Shown here: one piece after another, positions 12,900-26,599 of the stretch | Position numbering within the stretch: the first letter of the stretch is position 1 | Layout: each line of letters opens with the position of its first letter | Position numbers and translations under genes: made by a program | Source of the DNA: Mobula birostris | Lineage: Eukaryota | Length of the DNA stretch: 64,000 bases | Assembly (NCBI RefSeq): GCF_030028105.1 | Contig: NC_092379.1 | Span: forward strand, 28,141,821-28,205,820 | Direction: 5' to 3' | The notes under the pieces: model-generated | What the model was told of the DNA's origin: nothing | Databases searched by the model: none | What the model saw: only the letters and a program-made list of their open reading frames with translations

Positions 12900-14055
12900 G
12901 CTGAAAATTCGGTGCTTCGTTGTCGACTGAAGTAGTAGGAATTATCTGGCAGCCATGCAGAAAAACTCTCTGCAACAATACCGAAAAGCTAATCATCGGA
13001 GCCGGCTGACTTCAGTCATCTCTCCGTTCCAAATGGTGCGGTTCTTCAACAAAGACGTTGAGCGACGTTTCGATGACAGACTTCACCTTTTTCCAGGCAG
13101 GCAGCTGCGGAAGGGTTTGAACTTAACCCAGTATATTGAGGATGGCTTTCAAATGCGACAAGTTACAGGCTTATTATTCGTTGACTAAACAGCAGCATAC
13201 GACATTGTGAATTACAGAAGCCTTCGACTGAAATTATCTAAAATGTTAAAGAACGAAACCACAGTCAAAGTAATAAGTAGCCTCCTAGAAACTTGTAGAT
13301 CTTATGTAGAAAGGAATGGAATTGATAGTAGGTGGTGTCTACAGAAGAACGGACTACCACAGGTTTCAGTCCTGGCACCTCTTCCATTTACTGTCTGCAC
13401 AAATGATCAGCCAACCTTTCCTAACACAGGCAGGTTTATTTATGCAGACGACTTTTGCATAGCATCACAAGCTAACTTCTTCCCAGAAGCTGAAGTACGA
13501 CTTACAGCAGCCCTCGAAGCAATGAACCAGTATTAATGAAAAAATGTCTCTGAATCGAAATACATCAAAAACTCAAGTGTGCGCATTCCACCTGAGGAAT
13601 CGAGAAGCAGCTCGGAAATTCATGATCTTCTGCTGTGAGAAGGAGTTCGAACATCATCCAACTCCAATTTACCTGGGCCTGACACTGAATAGGACGCTCT
13701 CATTTGCCACCCATATCCTAAACCACCGAGGGAAAGTTGCCTCTCGGAATTCCGTCTTGAAAAATTAGCATGCACGAAATTGGGAGCTAATGCCAACACA
13801 CTTAGATCAACTGCCCTAGCACTCTGCTATGCACCTGCAGAATACTGTGCACCTGTGTGGGGCAAATCAGCCCATGCGAAGAAAATAGACCGGTTGCTTA
13901 ACGAAGCCTGCCGAGTAATCACGGGCTTACTGTGCCCCACACCCGCTAACTTTATTTATAAACTTGCAGGCATTGCTCCTGCAGAGATCCGTAGACACAC
14001 GACAACAAAAACTGAAATAAGTAAACCGAACTCGGATCCACGGCACCCACTGCAG
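12900..14055 (+). mobile_element. I-group (Ingi/Vingi-like) non-LTR retrotransposon RT fragment, 3'-truncated
   Basis: LNLTQYIEDGF..TGLLFVD, GLPQVSVLAP, FIYADD, YLGLTLNRTLSF, WGANANTLRSTALALCYAPAEYCAPVW. A LINE RT is certain; the clade call is from motif memory. Confidence 0.7.
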
Positions 14056-15749
14056 ATTCCGGAACCTGTTCATACGCTTTCAGTATATGCTGCTTCACAA
14101 TATCATAATCAATTGCTTGCTCAGGAGTTAAAGCTGTGTAAACTTGTTGTGCTTTACCTTTAATTACACTTTGTATCATCACTGCCCCTCTATCTTTCGG
14201 CCACTCTGAAATCAGACCAGTAGATTCAAAATGCTGGCAATATGTATCCACTTCTGCTTTCTTAAATGGAGGAGCCAATATAACTTCCCGACTAGCAACA
14301 AACGGTTTCCTGGAAACAGAGGACTGATTCTCGGACTTCAATTTCTCCATCGCTAGCTCAAACACTCTCTGTTTATCTGCTTCTCTAGCTACAAATTTAT
14401 TTTTTTTTTCCAGTTCGCTTCTCTTTCGGCCACCTCCGCTTTAAATAATTCCAACCTTATCTGTTCGATATGTAATGCATCTCTAGATCACTCATTGGAA
14501 ACATATCTAACATTTCTTTCTCCCAAATTTGAATAACTTTCCGCCATTTTCCTATGAATTAATGGATTTGTTGTAACTTTCGAAATTGCTTTATGGTCCA
14601 ACATTCTAGGATACATCACCCTACCTCGCCTTTGCTAATATCTCCCGGTCTGCTGATCCCAGTAAGTGGTCAACATTCTTGGCTGCCGGATAACACCCAC
14701 AGAACAATCAGACAAAATGATCGTGTTTTTTCCCTTGTCCAAATCAAACTGATAGTTAAACAAGCACTTAAGCTCAAAATCGGAACATAACCCGGACGAG
14801 GCCCCAATTTCTCTTAAGTGGTCGGTAACAATGAATATAGAACTGAGTCACGTTTTATAAAAAAACATAGACGTTTATCAAGCACTGCTCAACAATATTA
14901 AACAGTAAACAAACAACTTACTTAACAGGAATTTATCTGCTAAACGGAAAATTAACGAACAGCCAAGCTCTGGAATAGTTTTTAAACTGGTAACTACGAA
15001 CACAGTCTTAAAGTTTTAAATTCGGAAGCCCAAGTGATTTATACAGTCAGTAGGGAGAGACTTCCCGGAAAGCTGATTTCTTCGAAGCTGTGAGGTTGCT
15101 GCTGATCCCAGCCGAGAGATACCTTTTCCAACGGATACACTGCGAAAGAAATAAATCGGCTTAAAGGAACTGATCTTTTTTTTTTTCTCTCTTGGAGGGT
15201 GAACACTGCACAAACCTTCCTGATCTTGCAAGTGTTATCTCAGATGCAGGCCACTATTCCTCAACTAAGATTCAATTAGATCGATGCTTTATAAAACCGC
15301 CGAACAACACCAACTTTACTCAATCCTTCGGGCTCCCGTACTTTGGTAAGGTCTTCATTCTCCAGTACCAGACTGTAAAGGCAAAATAAAGGAGGAACAA
15401 ACAGGAACTGGCAGCTGCTGGTGAAACTGCCGGCACAACGTTTTTTTTTTCCCCTTAAAATAGAAAGTAAAACTTCACTTTAAAACGAAACTGCGTCATG
15501 AGACGAATACGCAGCAAATTAACTGACGAACTAACAAAACTCCGTGACAACAGGGGTTTCCCCTTTATATACCTATTGGAACATGTCATCACGTGATCTC
15601 ACATCGGCGGGAAAATTACATCGTGTGACCTCACACTGGCGGGAAAATTACACCACAGCAGCATCGCAAGACAGTAGCGTCATGCTCACAAGATACTCAA
15701 CTATATCATGGTCATAAGACAGTCACAGGATACCACGAGGTATGTAACA
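14056..15749 (-). mobile_element. Gypsy (Gmr1/SCAN-type gag) element fragment: 5' LTR (~14807-15749), tRNA-Pro PBS, gag N-terminus
   Basis: On the minus strand: LTR start TGTTACATACC at 15749, TATA-like GGTATATAAAGGGG near 15570, PBS TGGGGCCTCGTCCGGG at 14806-14791 (1 mismatch to the tRNA-Pro 3' end), and gag motif PPFKKAEVDTYCQHFE...WPKD...GKAQQVYTAL...KAYEQVPE. Confidence 0.82.
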
Positions 15750-15949
15750 CAGTTCATATCTGAAACGTTGGATAACGAGTTGTCAATGAGAAATATGAGA
15801 ATAATTGCAGTTGCTGGAAATTTAAAGCAATAGGCAAAATGTTTGAAGAATTCAGCAGGTCAGGCTGTAATGATGGAAAAGAGTAAACAGTTAACATTTC
15901 GGGCTGAAACCCTTATTTACAACTAGTATGGAATGATGCAAACGTCTTC

Positions 15950-18401
15950 ATGGTATGCATCCCTTGAAGACTCTTCACAGTGGAGTAGTCAATAACAAAC
16001 AAGAGAAAGTCTGCATATGCTGGATACCAACACAGAAATCCAGAGGAACATCTATGAAAAATATTAAAGAGTCGGAGTTTGGGCCTGGATTCTTTTACAC
16101 GAGAATGCACTGTTTGCTTTGTTGCTATGTTGATGACAAACTTGTGTCAGTATCATCTGAGGAAGAAGCGGTTTCTCCTTATCAAGACGCTGTATCAATT
16201 TGTGGAAAGGCTGTTGAACAACTCTCAAACTCTATAAGCAACAGACATAGTGTTCTCACTGTGTACCAGAGGAGCAATGAGGGAAATACATGACGGACTT
16301 GAATGTGGATTAAGATATAGTTTCAGTGGAGAAGATACTCTGTATGGAATAATGCATTCCGTCTGATAAATTCAATTTTATGATCGCAATCCAAGTCAGA
16401 CTACTGACTATAAGGGGGCGGGGTGGGGGTGGTGTCGTTTCACAGTTACTTCCAGATATAATCATTTAGGAATATTGAGACCAGTGGTTCTGGCTGGTCA
16501 GAAGATACTACAACATCAGTCAACGGAAGATCTTAGCTGGGTTGACAGTGTAGAGACGTCAGTTGTTCTTCAGTGGACAAGCTGGCTAGAAGAACGTTAT
16601 CAATTGGAAGGCTCCAAGGTTGTTTGAACTTTGAAGCTCCTGGCTGATGGAGAATTTAGTTTTGCAAATTTACAACGTTTTTTAGACACAAATGAAGATG
16701 GCTATGGAGCAGTGACATTCCTCCAGTTACACAATCCGCCCTCTAAAGTGCACAGTGCTTTTATCATTCGAAAGTGTAAACTAGCTTGTTTTTCAAGCTG
16801 GACTTCCATCCGTCGTATAGCTCCCTTCTGCTAGGATGGCAAGCTGTACGGACACTTTGTCGCTTTGTGATGCAGTGCATTGGTCTGATACTACCTCTCC
16901 ATGCAGGATAGGAAGAATGCAATATCCAGGTTACGAACTTTCGTTGCAGCAAAGTTCCAGAAATGTTTAAGCTCTCACAGGCATCCCAATGGAGGCTTGT
17001 TAACGTTTAATACAACCTGCCAGATGTGCCACCAGAGGTTTGAAGTTTGATAGTTTTCTCAAAAATGCGATATCTGTGTGAGTACCTCAATATCCTCCTA
17101 CGCTCGTAAGGGAATGGCCGGCGATAACCACTGCTAGCTTATCTGTAAGTCAAAAAGCGTGTTAAAATAAATGTAGAAAATATTAAAAAGGAGGAAGAAG
17201 CATAATCCATCCAACACGTATAACATTTATAAGTTATCACTTCTTAATTTGGACACGTTTGAAGAAAACGGTGGCCTGAAATCTTAAGAACCTGTTATCT
17301 TTCTTCGTCTTAAGAGAAAACAATGGAACATTGCAATGGAAGGGATTTCCACATTAATTTTCAAATTTGCAAATTAAAGGAAGTGTGGAATTTAATAGAA
17401 TTAATTTCACACTGAATCCAGAACCTGAAGGTACAGTTTGGCTAGCTGGTGCACAGCTTGGTAGCTTAGCTATGATCGAAAACTCTAAGCATATTATTAT
17501 AGTGGCAACGGATATTTATATCTTAGTAAGTCTTCTGTTGGATATATTTCAAAACTTGGATGCATCAGCAAGGGAGATGAGGCTGCGTACAGGGTTACGG
17601 TGGGAAACTTTGTCACATGATGTGAGCAGATTTCTTTGCAGCTTAATGTGAAAGAGACTAAGGTGCTGGTGGTGGACCTGAGGAGGGCTAAGGCACCGGT
17701 GACCCCTATATCCAACCAGGGGGTCAGTGCGGACATGCTGGAGGATTACAAATACCTGGGGATACGAACTGAGAATAAACTAGACTGGTCAAAGAACACT
17801 GAGGCTCTCTACAAGAAGGGTCAGAGCCGTCTCTATTTCCTGAGGAGACTGTGGTCCTTTAACATCTGTCGGACGATGCTGAGGATGTTCTGCGAGTCTG
17901 TGGTGGCCAGTGCTATAATGTTTGCTGTTGTGTGCTGGGGCAGCAGGCTAAGGGTACCAGACACCAAAAGAATCAATAAACTCATTAATAAGGCCAGTGA
18001 TGTTGTGGGGATGGAACTGGACTCTCTGATGATGGTGTCGGAAAAGAGGATGCTGTCCAAGTTGAATGCCATTTTGGACAATGACTTCCATGCACTACAT
18101 AATGTACTGGTTCGGCACAGGAGTACATTCGGCCAGAGACTCATTCCACCGAGATGCAGCACAGAGCGTCATAGGAAGTCATTCCTACCTGTGGCCATCA
18201 AACTTTACAACTCCCCGCTTGGAGGGTCAGACACTCTGAGCCAATAGGCTGGTCCTGGACTCATTTCCATCTGGCCTAATTGACATATTATTATTTAATT
18301 ATTTATACTTTTATATTGGTATATTTATTCTCTATTCCTAGTTGGTGCAACTGTAACGAAACCCAATTTCCCTCGGGATCAATAAAGTATGTCTATCTAT
18401 C

Positions 18402-18432
<31 letters not shown>

Positions 18433-19500
18433 CTATCTACCTATCTACCTATCTGAAATGTGAGATATTGTGAAAGGAACTAAACACTGTCTAGGTTGCG
18501 CCAAAATGTTGGATTCCCGGCGCTGACCTTTCGCAGGTGTGTTCTTTGCCGACGGTTGCACACAGCTCCAGGATATCAACCCACAGCGTTTATATATGTA
18601 TATATATGTATATATATAATTGCCTCTAGTTGAAACTCAATTTACACGTGTAGGAGTGGGCTGCCTTGGACATTTTAAGGTGAACGGAAGAAACAGCGCA
18701 GTGAAGAAGTGTGTGGTTATATTAACCCGTTCATGTATACGAGTTCTTTACATTTAGCCGGAATCTTCTGTGGTCACACATTATTCTGTTAGCTTTATAG
18801 CAAAGGAAGTACAAGTTAGAGAACCTCTCTCGGATATTACGACAGACGTTTTTGAAACTGAGAGTGAGGTAGGCCGAACCATTGAAAACTGGAGCCATTC
18901 AGAGATCATTGATGTCCTCCTACAGACAGGAAAGAAGTGGATTTCGAACTGCATCCACAGGTGGCTCATATCATAGTGCAAACTGGTGATATTAATTAGA
19001 TCAGAGTGAACGTATCTCAGTCCCAACATGAAGGTATAGAATCTGGACGAAGAGGGTTTCCACGCAGTACTTTGCAAAGAAATGGCTATTATCAATGTGG
19101 TGCAATCACTAATGCATGCCCTGACCACACTGATTTGGAGGAATAAACATCAAACCATCTGTTGGTTCTGAAGAACACACAATGCCCTTCAGAGAAGTTC
19201 CTAAAAGAAGGCATTTTTGCTTGCCGTAAATGGAAGCAACTAGAATATATGACGAAAATGCTCGGAAACGGTGGGTCAATGACTACTTACCATTGTTACC
19301 GGAACGTCATAAAATCTCAAGTTTAGCGCACATTTTCTTCGCAGGAGATATTATGATTATAGTTCAAACGTAGCACCTCAAGAACACATTGAACATTCAA
19401 GTCTTTCAAAAAAGAAGATGATTTCCGCAGTAGGTGTGCATCAAATCTGTCTGTCCGGTCACGTTTATAAACAAGATGAGTCTTTCACTGGAGCCACTGT
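15950..19500 (+). mobile_element. Highly decayed BEL/Pao pol fragments, interrupted by Rex1 pieces
   Basis: RT YVDD..SVSSEEEAVSPYQD..SIC..ISNR.SVL at ~16000-16300. Integrase-region KWI(F)N at ~18940 and NHLL...RKWKQLEY...RWVNDYLPLL at 19150-19330. Confidence 0.7.
17556..18453 (+). mobile_element. Rex1/Babar-like LINE 3' end with (TATC)n tail
   Basis: 203-aa ORF LQLNVKETK..YKYLG..KLDWSKNT..KKGQSRLYFLRRL...SFLPVAIKLYN, then AATAAA and a TATC microsatellite at ~18390-18453. Confidence 0.9.
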
Positions 19501-20084
19501 TTTGAGTAACTACAGTCCTAGAACTACTGGTTGATTGTCTTGAAGATTTTCACTTGACTTACTGCCTTGACAACTCCATTATGTGATGGTGTCCTCTGGT
19601 CTAGGACATCTGCATATATGTTAAGATTTTGTATGGATGAAGATATTATATCTACTATTTTAGTTGATTGTAGTAATTATGATATTGCAATAACTGATGG
19701 CGGAGATGTAGTAGCCCTTTATCTGTTGTCTGTCTGTCTGTATCGTATGTTATGTTGTTAGATTAATTGTTCCGATCATTCATCATTTGACATTGGGATT
19801 GTTCAACGAAAATTGTATAATCACATATTCAGCCTTTGCGCCGTAGATTTAGCATAGTTTTGGATTTTTTGAGTGTTTATTTCACTATTGCGCTTATTTT
19901 GCTAATTGTGCTTTGTTTTTCGTTGAACTCTACAATATCGCTAATTTTGAGGCACCTGTCTTTTTAATTGTTTCGTAATAAATTATTGAACGTCATTTGT
20001 CGACCTGATAATCAGTTATTTGGAAGCACATAATACACTGTTAATTCGCTTGTTCATCATCTCTGAGGATTTATTTTATTTTTT

Positions 20085-22540
20085 CCAAGGTGATGCTACG
20101 AGTATTAAACAGGAAATTAGAAATGTGTGCAATAAAGGAACAGCAGTTATAATGGGTGTCTTCAATCTACATGCAGATTGGGTGAACCAAATTGGTAAGG
20201 GTGCTGAGAAAGAGGATTTCTTGGAATGTGTGCGGGATGGTTTTTTGAACCAACATTTCGAGGAACCAACTGGAGAGCAGGCTATTCTGGACTGGGTATT
20301 GAGCAATGAGGAAGGGTTAATTAGCAATCTTGTCGTGAGAGGCCCCTTGGGTAAGAATGACCATAGTATGGTGGAATTCTTCATTAAGACGGAGAGTGAC
20401 ATAGTTAATTCAGAAACAGAGGTTCTGAACTTAAAGAAGGGTAACTTTGAAGGTATGAGACGCGAATTAGCTAAGAAAGACTGGCAAATGAGACTTAAAG
20501 GGTTGACGGTGGATATGCAATAGCTAGCATTTAAAGATCGCATGGATGAACTGCAACGATTGTTCATCCCAGTTTGGCAAAATAATAAATCAAGGAAGGT
20601 AGTGCACCCGTGGCTGACAAGGGAAATTAGGGATACTATCAATTCAAAAGAAGAAGCATACAAATTAGCAAGAAAAAGTGGCTCACCTGAGGACTGGGAG
20701 AAATTCAGAGTTCAGCAGAAGAGGCCAAGTGGGTTAATTAGGAAGGGGAAAAAAGATTATGAGAGAAAACTGGCAGGGAACATAAAAACTGACTGTAAAA
20801 CTTTTACAGATATGTGAAAAGAAAAAATTGGCTAAGACAAATGTAGGTCCCCTACAGACAGAAACAGGTGAATTGATTATGGGGAGCAAGGACATGGCAG
20901 ACCAATTGAATAATTACTTTGGTTCTGTCTTCACTTAAGGAAGACCTAAATAATCTTCCGGAAATAGTAGGGGACAGAGGGTCCACTGAGATGGAGGAAC
21001 TGAGGGAAATACATGTTAGTAGGGAAGTGGAGTTAGGTAAATTGAAGGGATTGAAGGCAGATAAATCCCCAGGGCCAGATGGTCTGCATCCCAGGGTGCT
21101 TAAGGAAGTAGCCCAATAAATAGTCGATGCATTAGTGATAATTTTTCAAAACTCGTTAGATTCTGGACTAGTTCCTGAGGATTGGAGGGTGGCTAATATA
21201 ACTCCACTTTTTAAAAAAGGAGGGAGAGAGAAACCGGGGAATTATAGACCGGTTAGCCTAACGTCGGTGGTGGGGAAAATGCTGGAGTCAGTTATCAAGG
21301 ATGTGATAACAGCACATATGGAAAGCGGTGAAATGATCGGACAAAGTCAGCATGGATTTGTGAAAGGAAAATCATGTCTGATGAATCTCTTGAATTTTTC
21401 GAGGATGTAACTAGTAGAGTGGATAGGAGAGAACTAGTGGATGTGGTATATTTGGATTTTCAAAAGGCTTTTGACAAGGTCCCACACAGGAGATTAGTGT
21501 GCAAACTTAAAGCACACGGTATTGGGGGTAAGGTATTGATGTGGATAGAGAATTGGTTGGCAGACAGGAAGCAAAGAGTGGGAATAAACGGGACCTTTTC
21601 AGAATGGCAGGCAGTGACTAGTGGGGTACTGCAAGGCTCAGTGCTGGGACCCCAGTTGTTTACAATATATATTAATGACTTGGATGAGGGAATTAAATGC
21701 AGCATCTCCAAGTTCGCGGTTGACACGAAGCTGGGCGGCAGTGTTAGCTGTGAGGAGGATGCTAAGAGGGTGCAGGGTGACATGGATAGGTTAGGTGAGT
21801 GGGCAAATTCATGACAGATGCAATATATGTGGATAAATGTGAAGTTATCCACTTTGGTGGCAAAAACAGGAAAACAGATTATTATCTGAATGGTGGTCGT
21901 TTAGGAAAAGGGGAGGTGCAACAAGACCTGGGTGTCATTATACACCAGTCATTGAAAGTGGGCATGCAGGTACAGCGAAGTGGTTAAAAAGGCGAATGGT
22001 ATGCTGGCATTTATAGCAAGAGGATTCGTGTACAGGAGCAGGGAGGTACTACTGCAATTGTACGAGGCCTTGGTGAGACTACACCTGGAGTATTGTGCGC
22101 AGTTTTGGTCCCCTAATCTGAGGAAAGACATTCTTGCCATAGAGGGAGTACAAAGAAGGTTCACCAGATTGATTCCTGGAATGGCAGGACTTTCATATGA
22201 TGAAACATTGGGTGAACTAGGTTTATACTCGTTGGAATTTAGAAGATTGAGGGGGATCTCATTGAAACGTATAAAATCCTAAAGGGATTGGACAGGCTAG
22301 ATGCAGGAAGATTGTTCCCGATGATGGGGAAGTCCAGAACGAGGGGTCACAGTCCGTTGGCTATATTTAAGAGGGAGTTAGGCATGGCCCTTGTGGCTAA
22401 AGGGATCAGGGAATATGGAGGGAAGGCTGGTGCAGGGTTCTGAGTTGGATGATCAGCCATGATCATATTGAATGGCTGTGCAGGCTCGAAGGGCCGAATG
22501 GCCTACTTCTGCATCTATTTTCTACGTTTCTATGTTTCTC
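20085..22540 (+). mobile_element. CR1 LINE (second subfamily), 5'-truncated
   Basis: EN end, SPGPDGLHPRVLKE, NYRPVSLTSVVGK, QGSVLGPQLF, KFAVDTK, and a TTTCTATG tail. Confidence 0.93.
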
Positions 22541-24099
22541 TGAGTGGCGACGAGGTACTTTGAAACCAGCCCGAGACAATTCATCATTATCATCATCAGC
22601 TGCCATGCCCAGTTTGAACTTTGACTGCGATGGCCCATATACACCTGATTCGGATTAAGTGAATCAATTAATTGCTATTCTTTTCAGTTCTCTGGCTGCC
22701 GTCTTCATTCATCATTTGTCTGTGCCTTCATTTTGCTTTTCTCCCTTCAATCTTTCCCATAATTATCGTGCATTAAAACTCCTCTTTCTTAGTCACATAT
22801 CCAGTGAGTTATGATTACCTACTTAATTGACATCACTATTTTTTTTTTCTTCTTCAGAAAGATCATAGAGACGTTCCGGTAAAAACAAACAAACAAAAAA
22901 AAAACAACAACAACAACTACAACAAAAGAACACATGCTTCCGGAACATTCGTAATCTCCGTGTTCGTAAACAGAGAGTACGGGTAATAATAATACAACGT
23001 AATCATAAACTGCTCAATATATAAAGAAGGACTGAGCTTTTTTTTTTGCTTTCAGAAGCGGAATCAAATCTGACGTACTTGAATGGAGGAAATTAACAGA
23101 ACACTGACAGTTTGTTGATGGTCTTTGTGAAAACAGATTGATCGTTTAGTTTAGATTGTGGAATTTTACGAGAGAACATTCAAAAACATTTGCTGGTAAC
23201 ACAGCTCATATTTTTAAAAAAACAGTTAACATGGATGTATCAGTGTAAACCGCAGCAGACACCCAATTCAGTTGCGGTCAGGAATGAAATTGAGCGTGAA
23301 AAATTTACAACGTCTTAGCAGATACGGGCCTGCTGACGAAATTGTGTTTCCCTTTTTGTAGGGGCTCCGACACATCAGAGCAATGCAATTTTAAAGGTGA
23401 AAGTTGCAGAGGTATGTAACAAGGTAAGGCATGTAGGACAAACAGGAATAAATGGACTGCACAAGGATGAGCAGAGAAAAAAAGTCAAGATTCAGTTTCC
23501 AAAGAACACCAATCAGCCTGACATTGACGGTAAAGCTTCATAAAGAAAAGTGTCAACGGACGTGTAGCCTTGAGATTCATAATCTGTAAACTAACAAGAG
23601 ACGATCAGTAAGGGATAAATAGAATAGAACCATAAAATAATAGACACTCTCTCGGCTGCGACAGTCAGTCTTTCCAATGAGCGTGAAAAAGAAGCTGGCA
23701 GATAATCAACCTATTGTGGAAAACAGATGACTACTGTAGGAATGACATCAGTAAAGGAAAATGCAACAGTCAACAAGACCGACAATGTGGTTCGCTGTTG
23801 GCTGAGAGGACTACAACCTGTTTGGAGATGCATCCAGCGTTTGCTTGCCAAATCCCTGCAATGTCAACTGAAAGTGAAGTGAGAAAGGTTCTGGATAATG
23901 CCACAGCTGTGTTAGCATATTTCAGAAATTTCCCAGCAGATCAAGAGTACAATAGTATCAACTGAATATTTCCCACACTAGTTATACATTGCATTTCCGT
24001 TCCTTGCATCATCCCTACTTTGGAGTGTAAAACCTTTTAACCAGCACTGGGTCGGGAACCAGGTTACATTTATTAATGATCATCAATCATTCATGTCTA

Positions 24100-24560
24100 T
24101 TCTAGATCCAGATAAGCATGTTTCACTGTGGGTAGCGGTCCGACTACAGAGACGAACAACTGAGACAAACTGAAAACTTCTCAAACAAGGAGCACAATGT
24201 TTCAGTTTGAGGCAAATAGTTCTGGCGAGGAAATATGTTGGTGATCAAAAGCGAGTGTTTGAAAAGATTAAGGGCAGAACTGGATCACTGCCCTGGACAG
24301 TAGAGATTATGTTCTATATCCTCCGGAGACGACGCATTGAACAATTGGGGAAATCAGAATCAATCGATGAAATGAAATGACTCCAGAGAATTCAGAAAAG
24401 CCTTCTGGATTCCCAGACTCAATTCCTATCACCCCCCAACAAGGAGGTCCTGAGCATGATATCGGTTTATTGCAACAAATTTCACCTGACAGGTAGAATT
24501 ATACTCCGACTACCCTTGACAAGAAAGAAGATACCCCACGGGTATAGAAAATTATCCAGT
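24100..24560 (+). mobile_element. Decayed Gypsy integrase C-terminus
   Basis: VLARKYVGDQK..KIKGRTGSLPWTVE..RRRIEQL resembles the VLVRDY...W..G.I..RTGPLSY.V...WRRH.DQL tail of Gypsy integrases. Confidence 0.55.
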
Positions 24561-25029
24561 GACATTGAACCTGCGGGTCTGAATGGGGCAATTCAAACTT
24601 CACTGTGCTGTGGATGTTAATAGTTTAAATATATTGTTTGGTTAAGCATTCTTTGTATGGTTACATATCTGACTACATGTTTCATAAATTAAGTGCATGA
24701 GCGGTAAAAGTCATTACGCCGCCCGATGAAAGTAAAACGCTATGTAGAAACGCTTTCTATACTCCTGTCTGTTTCCTTAGATCATTTTGACTCAATAACA
24801 GTGAAGTCGGATATGAATCACGGAGTGTTCCTTGAAGCCAGATGGTGGTATGAACGCCGTCTTCCACGCATCTCCCTAGCGGTCTATAGAACCAGTGTGG
24901 TGAACATCCGATCACTGGGAGTGTTTTAATGCACTATCCATCAAGTGGAGAGTTTGGCATTCTATATATTGATTTTGTTAAATCTACAGTAGTGAATGCA
25001 TGGATGAACACCACAATTTATTCTCTTTT

Positions 25030-25760
25030 CTTACACATAAGGACTCTTCACCGGGGCTGAGCACTGGGATTTTTGAATGTAGGCATTCCGTAGTGCTTCG
25101 GAGATATACTCATTCAAGGCTTGGGTCTCAGGATGAGCGAAGAATAACAGACGAATCAGGGAGTTAGGATTCCCAGCAGGTGTGGTCCTCCTGCTGCTGT
25201 GAGGCAGCAGAATGCAGACTTCTATTTTACCGAAGGCAATGACGAAGTAAGTGTATTCCTGTGGGAGGTTGTGAGATGTATCGGCTGAAGTCAAATAAAG
25301 TTGCAGGAAGATGACTTCCCCAGCTCATCAGTGAACCGGATGTCTCTGCGAAATGACGGTGGTAACTCAACACGATATGAGTTTTAGTTGAGTCGGTAAG
25401 TACAAATTTGTGGACACGACCTGTTTATTCCCCGATGCTCAAGTTCACAGGTCTTCTGGGCGTTCTGACCATCTTAGTCACAACAGGAAGTCCATCACGT
25501 TCCGTTTATGCAGAGGGGGTAGAGATCAGCTGGATAGAGAGTCGGACTTGCACACAGAGAGCCATTTCCAGAAGGTTGCATCCTTTACGGAGTCCATTAT
25601 GGATTTCTATACAGGTAGAGCTGTCGCGGTGTGGAGGAAGACAGAGTGAGAGAATCAGGCTTTGTTACTGGAAGGACAAAGAAGGAAACTCGACTCCACC
25701 TGCTTGCAACGTTTCTTGGGCGAAGTGGAAAAACGATGTGTAGGTGATCGGAGGCTGCAC
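25030..25760 (-). mobile_element. Decayed Sushi/Ty3-like Gypsy gag-pol fragment
   Basis: Zinc-knuckle relic CPYCAASDH and RT N-terminus PETQALNEYISEALRNAYIQKS on the minus strand. Confidence 0.6.
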
Positions 25761-26599
25761 AGTAAGGGCAAATTATGTTACTGCACTGGTCCTTCATACT
25801 CTTGTGGGTGGGAGCTGCATGTGTCTGGGCAACAAGTATCTCCTGCTACCAGCGTTGGGTCTGTACGCCTTGATGATAAGGATCCTGCTGGGAAGGAAAC
25901 AAGCTTTCTGGGTGATATTTTAGCTGGTCGTACCATCAGCAATTTGTAAATTATGATGGCTAGAGGGTTAGAAGTCTTTATGTTCGTTGGACCTCTCACC
26001 GGTGTACAAACCGCACAGCGCCCTGATATACTCTGATGCTAATAGGCGAATAGCCCTTCCGCATTCCAGTCGTAACATCGAAGATGACGTCGAGAACGGA
26101 GCATGAAACACAGCAGGCGTAGTATCTGATATGCTAATCACTTTCCACTTCCTTGATTGTCGAATACCGGACGCAACCCAACAACATATTAGTAATATTT
26201 ATTACAACTAACGGTTTTATTTTCCCAATTAGAGGTGGCCCCGACAGAGTCGCCAATTTAAGAGAGAGATTAGGAGGGCTGTCTTGGCTCTGTACATGGA
26301 GCATAGAGATGGCAGGATGTCGAAGTGTAAGATACCACGAAGACAGGAAGTTGCAACATCGTGTTGAAGATCTGTTGAAGCGTTCGTAGACTGCAATGTT
26401 GGACTCAGAGCTATGAGGTAGAATGGCGTTGTATTGCTGTTGCGATATGACAGGTTGTTTGAAATTGGCGAGCAGGTGATCAATGGTTTCCTGCTGCTTT
26501 GGGATCGTGTGCTTCTGTCGGCAGTTGATTTCATTTAGGAGACCATATTTTGTTGCTTCACTAACTAGTTCACCCATCCTGTGAGAAATGTAGAACAGG

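Noticed and set aside
20076-20663. Long minus-strand ORFs opposite CR1, L1 and Penelope coding regions (also 2695-3045, 11237-11713, 29598-30215)
   Set aside because: Shadow ORFs antisense to recognisable retrotransposon proteins.
22840-23410. Several strong plus-strand acceptor-like tracts and possible micro-exons (for example 23361-23410)
   Set aside because: No consistent reading frame or recognisable product; poly-T tracts followed by AG are common by chance.
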